NCBI RefSeq assembly: GCF_006345805.1
Contig: NC_043025.1
Span: 1,116,001 to 1,180,000 of the forward strand
DNA: 64,000 nt
Source of the DNA: Octopus sinensis
Lineage: Eukaryota
Direction: 5' to 3'
Shown here: positions 1 through 16,510 of the stretch, one piece after another
Position numbering within the stretch: the stretch's first letter is position 1
How the letters are laid out: each line of letters opens with the position of its first letter
Notes under the pieces: generated by a model
What the model was told of the DNA's origin: nothing
Databases searched by the model: none
Seen by the model: only the letters and a program-made list of their open reading frames with translations
Made by a program: the position numbers and the translations under genes

Positions 1-181
1 TCCCTACGAAACGCAGTGTTCTTGGTTCAGTCCCACTGCATGGTATCTTGGGCTAGTGTCTTCTACTATAGACTCGTGCCGACCAATCCTTGTGAGTGGA
101 ATTGATAGGCGGAGCATACACACACACACACACTCACACAAACATATATATACACATATATGTGTGTGTGTGGGAGGGGGC

Positions 182-218
<37 letters not shown>

Positions 219-402
219 GTTTGTATGTCTGTTTATCCCTCCAACACCGCTTGACAACCGGTGCTGGAGTGTTCATGTCCCCGTAACTTAGCGTTTCGTC
301 ATAAGAGAAAATAGATTAAATACTAGGCCTACAAAAAATAAGTATTGGGTTCGAATTTGGCGAATAAAGGTGCTGCTGCGGCATGGAATATATATATATG
401 TA

Positions 403-465
<63 letters not shown>

Positions 466-489
466 ATAATATATATATATATGTGTGTG

Positions 490-521
<32 letters not shown>

Positions 522-625
522 CCGATAGTTTAAATACTAGGCCTACAAAGTATAAGTCCTGGTGTCGATTAGCACGAATAAAGGCATTGCTCCACCATGG
601 CCGCAGTCAAATGATTGAAAACTTA
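1..625 (+). mobile_element. Degraded tRNA-derived CORE-type SINE (octopus OR2-like): head fragment, microsatellite, partly duplicated tail
   Basis: GGTTCAGTCCCACTGC B-box region at 25-40. Tail motifs GCTTGACAACCG..GTCCCCGTAACTTAGCG and CATGGCCGCAGTCAAATGA match the SINE copies at 51.6-63.7 kb. Confidence 0.8.
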
Positions 626-1057
626 AGTGTACAAAACAGAAAATAACCAGAAAAGTTTATTTTCTCTTAACTACATAATTAAGGGAGATAACTGAAAATA
701 AACTTTTAGAGTTACTTCCCTTTACATATCAATAAAAGACATGACAGTTTAAGATGTAGGTGCGTTTGTTTTTCGCATGCGAAGGGCACGCTTGCATTCC
801 TGCAGGAAGAGACAAACATACACATGCAAATTTTCTGCTGTTCACTTTAACAATTAAACATTGACTAGCTTATAATTTACATTTAATTACACCCGAAAAC
901 TATGTAAAGTACTCACCCTATCCAGTACTAACCTTTGGACATGATCGGGTTTTCTTTTGTTTTAGATAGTATATATGCGTATGTGGGTATAGACACGTCT
1001 ATATGTATGAATGCATGCATTTATGTATATAAATATATATATATATGTATATATGTA

Positions 1058-2526
1058 TGAAACAAATCGCTTGCCGTGAATTACCGTCCAATCTCACTCA
1101 CCTCTCATATCATTAAGTTATTTGAGAGAGTGCTGAGATCGCGTATGACTCACTTCCTTGAGAGTCATATGCTGAACTCCAACCAGCATGGATTCCGTAA
1201 TGGAAGAGATTGCCTGACGCAGCTACTGCATCATTTTGATGTCATTTTGAGAGCCTTGGGAGAGGGCTCCAACACTGATGTCATCTTCCCTGATTTCAGC
1301 AAGGCCTTTGACAGGGTTGAACATAAGATCCTTCTGAGAAAGCTGTCCAATATTGGTGTCACTGGAAAGCTGCTGCAGTGGATCAAGTGCTTCCTGTCTA
1401 ACAGAACCCAACATGTTGTAGTCGAAGGAGTCAAATCCAGCCCAGCCAAAGTCAGCAGTGGTGTCCCACAAGGAACTATGTTTGGCCCACTTCTCTTCAT
1501 CATCTACATTAATGATATTACTGACACCATCAAACACAATAACATCAGAACTTTCGCTGATGATTCCAAGCTCCAGAAGGTCATCAATGGCGTGGATGAC
1601 CGAATAAGCCTTCAGTCAGACCTACTGGCTGTTCTCCAATGGGCGGAAAAGAATAACATGTTACTAAACGAAGACAAATTCGAACTGATCCACTTTGGAA
1701 GGGAGGACGCTCTAAAACTCCCATACTCTCTTCCTTCTGGAGAAATTCTCATGGCGTCTAACAACATCAGAGACTTGGGAGTAACAGTGGACAACAACAT
1801 AAGCTGGGCTACACATATAAGCAGCAAAGTTGATATGGCCCGCAGAATGTGTTCCTGGATTCTCAGAACCTTCCAGTCGAGAGATTCCCACACCATTATC
1901 CTTCTCTTCTCCACTTTTGCCCGACCCCACCTTGAATACTGCTGTCCACTGTGGTCTCCCTACACAAAACAAAATATTATGAGAATTGAAGCTCCCCAAA
2001 GGCCAATCACAAAAAAGGTAGATGGCATGTCAGACCTTGACTACTGGGGTAGACTAGAGAAACTGAAACTGTATTCACTCCAACAACGCCGTGAACGCTA
2101 CATTATCTGTATGATGTGGAAAATATTCCATCAGCACTGTCCGAATGATGTTGGCATCACCTTCAAAATACATCCAAGGCTTGGACCACGTGCCATCCGT
2201 CCACAACAAAAAATCTAAATCGCACCACATAACGACAATACGGCACAATTATTTCATCTCAATTGGAACCGCTCTCTTCAACATTACACCAGGACACGTC
2301 AAAACAGAAACTGACCACACAAAATTCAAGAAGTCTTTGGACAAATTCCTTCAAACAGTCCCGGACAAACCATCCACACCAAGATATGTCTCCGCAAACA
2401 ATAACTGTCTGCTCGAATGTGCCTTGGTGCCCAAATCCTGAATTGAAAGACTTCGCCAGGTGGTGCTATTAAGTTAGACATGGCCTGGGCCAATACTGGC
2501 CAAAACCTTTCTAAGTTATTCTAAGT
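1058..2526 (+). mobile_element. 5'-deleted CR1-group LINE, reverse transcriptase and 3' end
   Basis: ORF 1076-2218 has NYRPISLTS, DFSKAFD, GVPQG, FADD and LYSLQQRRERY. The C-terminus is frameshifted (2145-2441) and the tail has TTCTAAG repeats. Confidence 0.95.
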
Positions 2527-2532
2527 GATATA

Positions 2533-2588
<56 letters not shown>

Positions 2589-2697
2589 ATATATGTATGT
2601 ATATATGTATATATATATGTATGTATATATGTGTGTATGTATATATCTATATATATGTATATATATATGCATGCATATAACTATGTATATATGTATA

Positions 2698-2735
<38 letters not shown>

Positions 2736-2774
2736 TATACATACATATATACATAGTTATATGTATATGCATGC

Positions 2775-3174
<400 letters not shown>

Positions 3175-3259
3175 TATATGCATGTATATATATATAGATA
3201 TATATATATACATACATACATATATACATAAATACATATATACATACATATATACATAC

Positions 3260-3290
<31 letters not shown>

Positions 3291-3381
3291 CATGCATATA
3301 ATTGGAACCGCTCTCTTCAACATTACACCAGGACACGTCAAAACAGATGTATGTATATATGTATTTATGTATATATGTATG

Positions 3382-3417
<36 letters not shown>

Positions 3418-3488
3418 TGCATATATATATATATATACATACATACATACATGTATATATTTATGTATATATACATGTATGTATGCAT

Positions 3489-3520
<32 letters not shown>

Positions 3521-4345
3521 ATATATATTTGTATGTATGAGTATAAGCGTATGTATGAGTATGTATGAGAAGGAGAAATTATTTTTAAAGAATATCGTTT
3601 ACTTTAATATTTGTGTCTTTGTGAAATAGATTTTGGTTGGATTATGTTCTTCATTATTTTTGTATTAATGGCGGGGGAGAAGGATGGCGTTCCAGTGTCT
3701 TTTGTTTATTTTAACTCATAAAATTATGTGTAATTAAAATTACTTCATCAGTAAATGAAGGATTTAAAAATATCCTTCCTTCCCCCATCCGCATCCACTC
3801 TAATACTCCAATATAAATATGTTTAATAGGTAATTCCAGCCTGAAGAATTCAATGTTATATAATAATGATAAGTCATTAAAGGCATCATTATGAAAACAT
3901 ATTCAAAATTTGGTTATTAATAACCAAATAGTAGAAACCGATTGACAAGATGAGACGTTTCAAATAGATTTTTTTATAATGAACTGCTGTCAAATGTAAA
4001 TAAAGGAAATGTTAACACAGGAGATAATGACTGCGAACGATCTGCTAATTAAAGTGCAATTAACAACATGAGTGATGGTTTAATTAGCAACACTCACTGG
4101 TAAAGAAAAACAGGGATTACCTCCCCTTGCCTTTCAACTCAATCCAAGCATGTTCCATGCATTAAATACCTGCCAGTTGTTACTTGGGGATTCGACAGGA
4201 TTGTTAGCGGATTGCTTAGAATGTATTGAAGTAGTCATTCTGGCATTCTGTGCCCTGAGTTCAAATCGCATCAACGTCAACTTTGCTTTTTCATTCTTTC
4301 AATACAACATCAGGTACTGAAAGGAATACATCATTATATTTTGCA

Positions 4346-4366
4346 CTCTCTCATTCTCTCTCTCTT

Positions 4367-4419
<53 letters not shown>

Positions 4420-4425
4420 TTTTCT
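4346..4425. repeat. (CT)n microsatellite
   Basis: Visible directly; mirrored as (GA)n at about 17495-17597. Confidence 0.9.
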
Positions 4426-4969
4426 TTGAAAGATTTCCACTGTGGTTTGACAGAGAGAGGGGTTAGCTACATCATGTTTAAAATACCCAAATATGAGTGT
4501 GAGGAAGGCGTCCTTATGATTCTGACAACATATGATGACTGAAGACTGGGAATGGATATGAATAGACCCCCTCATCAATAGATATACCCAATACTCAATC
4601 CTATTGAACAACCACAGTTATCTGTGGTAGTAGTAAGTACATCAGATAAAAATGCTATCTGATGCGTCTACTGAAAATCTAAGCAGGGTCCTGTCAAACC
4701 GTTCCTGTCTATTTATTTGCACAAGCTAATAATGAACCAATGAGAGATCGTGTATATGGTGGTTCGGTCTGCTAGATGTAGCAGCCACATCTGCCTCGTA
4801 TCTTAAAACAAGGACATGTGAACTCACATGGTTATATGGTCATTGCAAATAGGAAAAAGACAGGATGGTCACAGCTAGAATGCTTTTGATCTCAGGCCTT
4901 CGCAGTCAGGGTTGACCAAGGGCTAAACAGCACATTTTATTATTAGTATTGTTGTTGTTATTGTTGTTA

Positions 4970-5159
4970 AGGTGACGGAAATGTGAGCACATCAGGCAAA
5001 ACGCTTAGTAGCATTTCTTCTGACTTTACATTCCAAATTCTGATTACCATGAAGCTGACTTTGCCTTTCATCCTGTTAGGGTCAGTAAAATAGGTACCAG
5101 TTGAGTACTGGGGTTGATTAATGGACTATATATTCCACTTTACCAAAATTATTTTTATC

Positions 5160-5194
<35 letters not shown>

Positions 5195-5408
5195 TATGGC
5201 GGCATGTTGGCAGAAACATTAGCACATTGGACAAAATGCATAGCAGCATTTTATTCACCTTTATGTTCTGAGTTCAAATTCCACAAAGGTAGACTTTGAC
5301 TTTCATCCTTTCAGGGTCAATAAATTAACTATCAGTGAAACACTGGGGTCATTGTAATTGACTAATCATCCTTCCCCAAATTTCAGGCCTTCTGCCTTTA
5401 GTAGAAGT
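4970..5408 (+). mobile_element. Two old tRNA-derived SINE copies with the GCCTTTCATCC...GGGTC..TAAA..AGTACCAG central domain (Meta/MESC-like)
   Basis: Diverged matches to the intact copy at 62746-62978. Mirrored at about 16515-16950. Confidence 0.7.
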
Positions 5409-5460
5409 TATTATCATTATTAATATTATTATTATTATTATTATATTATTATTATCATCA

Positions 5461-5545
<85 letters not shown>

Positions 5546-5547
5546 CC

Positions 5548-5599
<52 letters not shown>

Positions 5600-5638
5600 C
5601 ATCATTATTATTATCATTATTATTATTATTGTTATTAC
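5409..5638. repeat. (ATT)n microsatellite
   Basis: Visible directly. Confidence 0.95.
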
Positions 5639-5639
5639 T

Positions 5640-7203
5640 TTTTTTTTTCCTTCTTTCAAATTTGCTTCCATTTCTTGCCGAGTGTCTTCCCGACTCCTAG
5701 GGCAAAGAAACTCATAGTATACATTGGTAGGCCATTAAACCAAACTCAGTAGTTCGTTCATTTTTTTTTTTTTTAAAGTTAAATTAAAATACATGAGCAG
5801 CAACAGTTCTCACATCGACAATGCTCTTCTCAATACGTGTGATGTGCCAGTTAAGACAATCTTTTGCACTTCTTGCAGGGATGGTAAGCCAGGGATCATT
5901 CTCATATAATTTTCGGTTCCCTTCTTGATCATTCCTAGTGCTCCTACGATCACTGGTATTGTAACCGCCTTGAGATGCCACATTTTCTCAATTTCAATGA
6001 GTAGGTCTTTATATTTTCTGAGCTTGTCAAACTCTTTCGCCGAGATATTATGATCACAGGGGATGCTCATGTCGATCAATAAGCAAACTTTATTGTTTTG
6101 GTCTTTCACAACAATATCTGGTTTATTGGCCTTGATGGTTCGGTCTGTATGTACTGGAAAGTCGCACAGAATGGTTACATTTCTCCTTCAGTTACAGCCT
6201 CAGGGTGGTGATTATACCACTTGTCGGCAGTTTGATATTGTAATGCCGACTTATTAGCCAGTGGAGATATTGGCCAACTCTGTCATGTCTTAATTTATAC
6301 TCCACTGGTGCTAAGACTTTACATCCAGAGATTAGGTGGTCCACTGTTTCAATCATGTCGTTGCAGAATCGGCATTTTGGTCTGCTCCATTTTTCATTAC
6401 ATTGGCCTGGTAGTTCCGGGTAAATAGGCTTTGATCTTGAGCAGCCAGGATGAAACCTTCGCTCTCTGCTTTTAGCCTGAGCTCCGTAGCCACTGATGGG
6501 TTTGCTTCTGGTCAACATCAGCTTGTTTGCTGCGGGCCACATATTTGCCGTGCAGAGGTTTCTCCTCCCACCTATCAGCCAATTGCTCGTGCGCTTTTTT
6601 CGTTGCCATTATTTTTACCTTCTTTGCAACAATAGCTGCCGTACTTCCCTCGGGTTGTTCAGTTTGGGTATCCTGCACGAGATCAATAGCAAATTTTTTG
6701 CGTTCCTTTATGATAGAATGAAGCTTCTTTCGTCTCTCGTGATTTTCCACGAGCTTTAGCATCCAGTCATTCGTTATTTCGAGATATTTGGCCAGTCCAG
6801 TTGTGGTTGTTTTGTAAGCTAGTTCAAATTGGATCAGGCCTCGACCTCCTTAGGCTCTGGGAAGGTAAAGACGATCTAAGTCTGCCTTTGGGTGGTGCAT
6901 CCTATTACAACTCAGCAGCTTGCGTATTTTCCTATCTATATTCTTTACTTCACTCATATTCCAGTTCAACACATTGTAGCTATAAGTAACAACTGGAACT
7001 GCTAAGGAATTTATAGCTAACACCTTGTTACGTGCATTTAGTTCAGATTTCAGGACTGCACGAACTCTCCTATAACATTCCTTCCTGATTTTCTCTTTCA
7101 TGCTTGCATGCTGAATACCAGAGCCTTCATTTATCCCTAAATATTTGTATGTTTGCTCTTGCTCAGGCTCTCTTATGACTGTGTCAACATCTAACACGAC
7201 TGA
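5640..7203 (-). mobile_element. 5'-truncated R4/Dong-clade non-LTR retrotransposon with restriction-like endonuclease, frameshifted
   Basis: RT C-terminus YKYLG and HHPKADLDRLYLPR, LHGKY, CCHC knuckle CRFCNDMIETVDHLISGC, RHD motif, and KPDIVV..LLIDMSIP..KYKDL..PVIVGALG endonuclease. An A-rich 3' end runs into (TAA)n. Confidence 0.9.
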
Positions 7204-7226
7204 ATTATATTATTATATTATTATTA

Positions 7227-7282
<56 letters not shown>

Positions 7283-7405
7283 TATTATATTATTATTATT
7301 ATCTTATTCATCATCATCATTATTATTATTATTATCATTATTATTATCATTATTATTATTATTATAATAATAATATTATCATTATTATTATTTTATATTT
7401 TATTA

Positions 7406-7445
<40 letters not shown>

Positions 7446-7689
7446 TTATTATTATTATTATTATTATTTTATTATTATATTATCATTATTATTATTATTA
7501 TTATATTATCATTATTATTATCAATTATTATTATTTATCATTATTATTAGTATTTATCATTATTATTATCATTATTATTTTTATTATTATTATTATAATA
7601 TTATCATTGTTATTATTATTATTATCATTATATATTATTATTATATTATCATTATTATTATTATTATTATTATTATAATTATTATCATT

Positions 7690-7724
<35 letters not shown>

Positions 7725-7939
7725 CATTACCTTTATTATCATTGTTATTATTATTATTATTATCATCATCATCATCATTATTATTATTATTATTATTATC
7801 ATCATCATTATTATTATTATTATTATCATCATTATTATTATTATTATTATCATCATCATCATCATTATTATTATTATTATCATCATCATTATTATTATTA
7901 TTATTATCATCATCATAATCATTATTATTATTATCATCA

Positions 7940-7970
<31 letters not shown>

Positions 7971-8040
7971 CATCATCATCATCATAATCATCATCATCAT
8001 CATCATCATTCCAGTCATCACCGTTACTATAACTATTATT
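7204..8040. repeat. (ATT)n/(ATC)n compound microsatellite
   Basis: Visible directly. Confidence 0.95.
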
Positions 8041-8044
8041 AGTT

Positions 8045-9060
8045 TTGCCCATTTAAAAATGGTTTCAGTTTATCAATAAATTTTTTCTCTCTACGTTTCT
8101 CTCGCCTTGTCTTCAGTTGTGTAGACCACAAGTTGCCAGTGGTCGGTTAAAGGGATCATCTGGCCGACATCAGGATCTCTTATTTACTGTTGGAGCACAC
8201 GTGACCGTTCCACTAGTGCATTCCAAGTCTGGCCAACGTATATCTCTTCAGAATTCTGGCATTTGATGCAGTAAATTAAATTCTGCTTTTGCAGTTCATA
8301 TTTACATTTGCAAATATTCTTCCGTTTATTTTTTGCCAATATTGACCGATATGTATGAACTGACATGTCCCACATCGATTATCATTGTACTTAGACACAA
8401 TGAATGATTCGTATTGTTGCTAAGATCACACTTTGCCTTTATTAAATGTTTCAAGTCTTTCGACTGTCTTTTACTTAGAGCCATTACTCCATCCGTGATT
8501 ATATCTTCTAATCATTACTTTGAATAATGATCGGCAAGTTTGATACACTTTTGTATGGGTATTTCTATATCAAGCTGTACACCATTTTATATGAGTAGAG
8601 AGGGATATTTTTGCTTGGGTAGAGATTCTTTTAGTTTTGTTAGGCTTTTGTCTCTGATTCTCACATCCTCCACAAACGTACACATTTTCTCGGCTAGGTT
8701 GTATGGGATATTGCGTTTTGTATATGTTGGATAGTAAAATTTGAAGTTCAGGTATTGAACTTTAAAGGTTATTTTATCTGTTTTGGTGACACAATTCGTG
8801 ACACCAAAATATCTTTAGAATTGCCAAAGCAAACTTGACGATCGTTGTTCAAAGTAATGAATTGAAGAATAATATATATATTGATTTAGCTTCCAGACAT
8901 CTTTTCCGGACACAGTGTTTGTTATCATGAGACCCCTTATTGCACACAAACGTAGTAATTATGCTCGTCTCTTTTGGTTTGCTAAAGCTTTATCTTTCTA
9001 TAGCATTTGGTCAGTTCTTGCTTCAGCCTGCTTCTTCATTGAAGCGGAGGTCTCCAATGA
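8045..9060 (-). mobile_element. Degenerate Penelope-like element (RT remnant plus GIY-YIG endonuclease)
   Basis: Minus-strand translations KQNLIYCIKCQNSEEIYVGQT (GIY-YIG), KRNIPYNLA (PLE RT thumb region) and REKKFIDKLKPFLN (typical PLE C-terminus). Confidence 0.75.
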
Positions 9061-9469
9061 TTACGTTGAAGCAATTCCATAGTAACAAGTTTCTTTTTGT
9101 TTATAGGTGATCAAAGTATTCATGTGATTCTTCAAAACTGTATCTGGAATCTGGGACATAAATTTAGAAGATGGTTAACATTCCCTGTGGCATCGAGAGA
9201 AACACTCATTAGTCTCTCTTAATAAGAGACGTAGGAATTTATATATTTTGCGAATGTTTTTCTTCCATTAAAGCTACTCCCTGTCATGTAATGTTATCTC
9301 TTCTGCATAAATAAATGATAACATACTTAAATTTTAAACGCGATACCTTGCAGATAAGGAAGGACATTTCAAACCCAGTAAAGCTGTAGAGATAGCAGAG
9401 AAAGACTGGGTACCCTTATGAGATGGAAAAAAGTTGCACTCGAACCCGTATCCCTCAGACATCGACTGA

Positions 9470-10750
9470 ATTGGCGACAGGCAATTTGAATCCTGATAAC
9501 TTCACCCCGGTATTTTGACTCCGGTAATTTGACTACCAGTCAATTTCACTCCCGATATTAGAAAAAATAAAACGTTGAATAAGGATAAAAAAAAAGTCGA
9601 GTAAAACCTAAAATTATTACTAAAAGTTTCAATAAAAATGAAGGTTAGGGGCTATTGCTCATATAAAATCCATCCTATTTTCGGGACTATGTCGCTCAAT
9701 ACTTATCCGTTTGCTTATATCCTTTCTTTTATTTTGTTTGGTCTCGCAGATCCCACCTCCATCAAATTCAACCTGTCTCAGCTGTGCCAAGTGTTCTTCC
9801 CTTCTCAATGCAGTAATTATCCATATATTCGGATGTGAACAAATTAAGGAAATTTGTAGGGCGTTGTGAAATCCCTCTAAAAGGTTATTAGTGCGAGGCA
9901 TCCGATTCTGTTTTAAAGCGGACATTCCAACTACCAATAGGAAACTAGGGAGAAGTCCTTTGTAGTCTGATTCCTTTACTTTTCACTCTTCTTAGGTACG
10001 ATAATCCAAAGTAGGTCACAAGTTCTAGCAGGAGGATCATCGTCATCTACAAGATGTTCGACAATGGGAAACTAGGGAGAAGTCCTTCGTGTGGTCTCAT
10101 TCCTTTACTTCACACTTATCATAGGTACGATAATCTAAAGTAGGTCACAAGTTCTTGCGGAAGATCATCGTCATCTACAAGATTTTCGACTCCGTCAATC
10201 TCATCATCGAGACGAAGAATTAGCAATGCTTAAAAACCTCTGATTTTAATGCTAAACTCATTATAACGATGGTATCTGTCCTTCAAGCCAAATTCACATG
10301 TTTTCTGTATATATTTTGTGATAGATGAAAAAGACAGCATGAGATGGAAGTAGTAGGAAACAGATACAATGCTATTAATAAGAGCTTTTTCAAAATCCCT
10401 CATAAAATCTTCAGGGCTCAGTCTTTGGAGTAATTCATTTAGCTTATAAAAAGGCGGCTGTAAGTTTATTTTTGGTGGGGGTAATGCAAACAACTGCGGA
10501 ACACTGAATAACCCCACCTGAATATGATGCATGGATTTTGAAGCACATGAACAATGAGGATCTTCACCAATGTGCTGAATTATGGTATGATCTTCATCAT
10601 GTATCCTAATGTGCACTCGAGCGTTACAGGACATAATTTCGAATTTCCTGTAAGTCTTAGATTCATCAGCGTTTTGTTTCTGTGCTTCATAATATGTAAT
10701 TCATGTCATCCACAAGTCTCTTCCTTCCGCGGATACTGTCAAAAACGTGA
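9470..10750 (-). mobile_element. Degenerate MULE/Mutator-like DNA transposon
   Basis: Fragments CNARVH..H (FLYWCH-like), MRDFEKALINS..YFHL and PRTNNLLEGFHN..HPNIW. Short repeated TTCAC(T/C)CC-like subterminal motifs at 9480-9555. Internal ~125-bp duplication (9940-10060 vs 10065-10190). Confidence 0.78.
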
Positions 10751-13054
10751 GGTATGGTGTAAGTATATTTCCTTTATAAGTAACTTTTATATCCTTGTAT
10801 GTTTGATAAATAATTTAACGAAGTATTTACACGAACGCACGAGGCTTCCTGTTATACGAGGTTACACGGCTCACAGCGAACTGCTGATAACTCGACAGTT
10901 CTTTATTCATAGCAAATGTTGTGACAATTCACTTTTAATCATATGGGAGTTGTCGGAATCCTTCCACAACAGTAACGAATGAGGCAAGGATGGATCACGG
11001 ATAAACCTGTAAACTCTTTAAATTAAACATCCGAATGGATAACTGAAAAGGTACTTTCAGTTAACTGAATTACTCTGTAAATAAATCAATCGAATAGGTG
11101 ACTGAAATGATATTTTCAGTTTACCGAATTACCTTGTATATCATCATCATCATCATCAGCAGAGCAGCAGCAACAACAACAACAAAACAATAATCAGTAG
11201 AGCACTTAAAGGGTGCAAACCTCCACCGAGACAATACCAACATCCACTCAACGATGAGCCAGAGATGATTTTTAGAATGAGAATATCTGAAATAAACTCG
11301 ACTGCTCTCACAAACGAGAATACTAAAAGTGAACTCGACCGCTCTCAAAAATTAGATGGAGTAAGCAAATTAATGCTGAAAACGGCAGAATCCGCATACT
11401 TCGCCTCGATGAATGACTCTCACCTCTCTGACTCGTAAATAATTTATGGCACCAATTTATGAAAAGAAATGAGGTTCCAGAAATATATAACGCGTAACGT
11501 TATTAGACCTTCGATCCAGCGCCCGCGCAACACTCAGCTAATCACAACACAGGGTTCAATAAATGTCCAATGACTTATATGATAGTTATTTTAACCAATC
11601 TCAACAGAGTAGCGTGGTGAGCTTTCAGAAACTAACTTAATGTTTCCAAATATACAATAATAGAAATTGGTCTCGCTACACATCTATCACGTCCATAAGT
11701 TCAGAATATTGCTATTGGTCAGAATTTTACTATTCGTCTAGGCATTATAGCGGAATATGCAAGGGAACAGCACTTCCCTTCTTGGAGCCCATAGCCAAGA
11801 TGTGGATGTAACTAATCCAGAATTTGATTCTTCGATAAACCTTGTGCTAACCATTACGGTTATAATCTACTAGTTCCATTTATATGTTGTGTTTGTATAG
11901 GATTCAACATCTTCGTGCAGTCACGTATTAAAGCTTGCTTGTCAGCCTGGACGTATTACAAATTGTCTGTTGTATGTCATATTTTCACAAGATTGTAAGT
12001 ACTGCAACTACGTGTGACAAGCACCCAATATAGGTTAAGTGTTGTATATTGAGGTAAGGCACAGATGTGTAGATGTCTGTAGATGTGTTTTTGAACATTG
12101 TGAACCTGCGGAGTTAGATTCATAACCAGGTTGTTCGTCATAGTGCTTGTAGTATATTGGGGGCTCATCGTTGTAGAACCTATGGAGATTGTGGGCAACG
12201 GTATGGAGGAGGGGCCATATGAGGACCGAAAGGCAGAGAGAAACAGATCAAGGAGAAGTAAGTTATGGTGTGAAAAATAATGAAGAAATTATGTTTGTGG
12301 TTCACAATGAAGAGAGAAAATATGTTAAACGAAACAGCGGAGATGAAAAACAATTATAAAAATGTTGAACGTCTTTGCTGGATTAATTCTCCACGCGCAG
12401 GGAAGCAACATGTGATATGAGAGAGAGAGAAGCATGGACTGATGAGGAAAGTGTATGGGAGAGGCAAAGCTATAAGAGAGAGGAGAGAGAGAGAGAGAGA
12501 GTAGTGCAAGAGATAGAGAGTGAGTGAAGGAGAAATGTCATGGAGACAGATGTGTTTTCTTCACTGAAAGGAGAATAGAGAAAATATGTGTTCACAGATA
12601 ATAACGAAGTGAGGAAATATATATTTTAAAACTTTTTCCTTTATTTCAGTCATGAGACTGCAGCCATGCTGGAGGAGGTGGAGGGCCCCTGGAATAAGTT
12701 TTAGTCGAACGAATTGACCCTAGTACTTTTTTCTCAGTATGGTGAAAATTGCCCAAAGTGCCATGTCACACGTTGAGACCGAAAAAAAAAACGGAATTAT
12801 GCGGTTGGGAAGCAAACTAATATTGATGGTCTCAGACGAAATATGGGGAAAAGGCTATGAAAATGAATAGCATTATATACAGATTAATTACACAACGCAA
12901 AGGAAATAATCACACTGAATGGTTCTTATGTTGAACATGTCAAAGAGAGCTGTGTAGTATCCGTCGCACTAGACACACAGGTTAGAAAAGACAGGTCACG
13001 CTAGCATGTATAGCATTTGAGAGATTTAAGAAACAGGATCTGGAGCTTGTAGGA

Positions 13055-13154
13055 NNNNNNNNNNNNNNNNNNNNNNNNNNNNNNNNNNNNNNNNNNNNNN
13101 NNNNNNNNNNNNNNNNNNNNNNNNNNNNNNNNNNNNNNNNNNNNNNNNNNNNNN
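13055..13154. other. Assembly gap (100 N)
   Basis: Run of N. Confidence 1.
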
Positions 13155-14237
13155 GTTGGCAGCAAATGAATCGTCTGACCATCGGGACGCATCCTTCCAC
13201 AAGAAGCGAAAGAGAATACGTTCTAGTTTGTGACGGTAGGTCGGAACAAGGCACGACGGTCAGGCGGTAGTAGATGATGGACGCGATGTACGTGTTCGCC
13301 ACCTCCGCCCGACCTTTTAGGGACAGTTTCCTCTCGGTCCATTGCTGGGCGAGAGTGACCACCCTACTCGTTATCTCGTTCCAGTTCTTCTCCATTTGGA
13401 GGTCCGGACTGAACCAGACCCGAGCAACTCGACCGGACCGTCGGTCCAGCGTCCCACAACGGAGGCGCTGGTGGACGGCATGGGTTTGCTTCTCCAGGTG
13501 CCTAGTCGCAAGCCCACTGACTTTTCCCGGTTGATTTTTGCTCCTGTCACTGCTTCGTAGTTTTTCAGTGTCTCGCCGACCTGCTCGATGTGCTCGTGGC
13601 TAGACACTATGACGGTGACGTCGTCCGCGTATGCAGACACGCTCGTCCCGCATCCCAGGTCTCACGGGATGCCCCTCAGAGTTGCCAGCTTCCGCAATAG
13701 TGGCTCGAGAGTCAATACGTATAGAAGCGACGAGAGGGGGCATCCCTGACGAACTGAACGTGTGATGTCGAAAGGTCTCGATAGATGTCCATTTACGCGA
13801 ACTACCGAACGGATGCCTCTGTACAAAGTGGCTATCCAGCCGCGGAAGACGGGACCGAAGCCAGCCGCTCTGAGGACTGCCTCCAAGTATCGATGGTCTA
13901 CCCTATCGAAAGCTTTTGATTGATCAGCGCCCCACCCATGCCAGGTTCGTTAACTACCCTGTCTATGATGTAGCGCATCAGGTGGAGGTTGTCATGGATG
14001 ATCCGGTCAGGCACGGTGCACGTTTGCGCTTGTCAACCAGTTTTTCGATGACAAGCGCCAACCTCTTGGCTAACACCTTGGCCAAAATCTTCAAGTCTGC
14101 ATTAAGCAGAGTGATGGGCCTAAAGTTATCTATTACATTTCCCTTGTTTAGATCTTTCTTCAGCAGTGTTACTGCTCCTCGGCTCACAAAACCGGGAATG
14201 CTCCCGTTTTGCTGCCAGTTCCAGTACACCGCTGCCA
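13155..14237 (-). mobile_element. L1/Tx1-clade LINE reverse transcriptase fragment, frameshifted
   Basis: NFRPITLLNADLKILAKVLAKRL, RSVRQGCPLSSLLY, SAYADDVTV, GAKINREKS and WTERKLSLKGR. Cut by the gap; the 5' end abuts (TTA)n. Confidence 0.9.

Positions 14238-16509
<2,272 letters not shown>

Positions 16510-16510
<1 letters not shown>

Noticed and set aside
8088-8128. CTGAAGA...GAAACGTA on the minus strand resembling a hammerhead
   Set aside because: No stem II pairing; it lies within the decayed PLE coding end.
10554-10982. 142-aa plus-strand ORF
   Set aside because: It overlaps the MULE remnant in antisense and has no recognisable domain.
11620-12215. Possible second decayed Penelope-like fragment or host exon
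   Set aside because: Only vague Cys-containing similarity with many stops; no convincing motif or splice pair.
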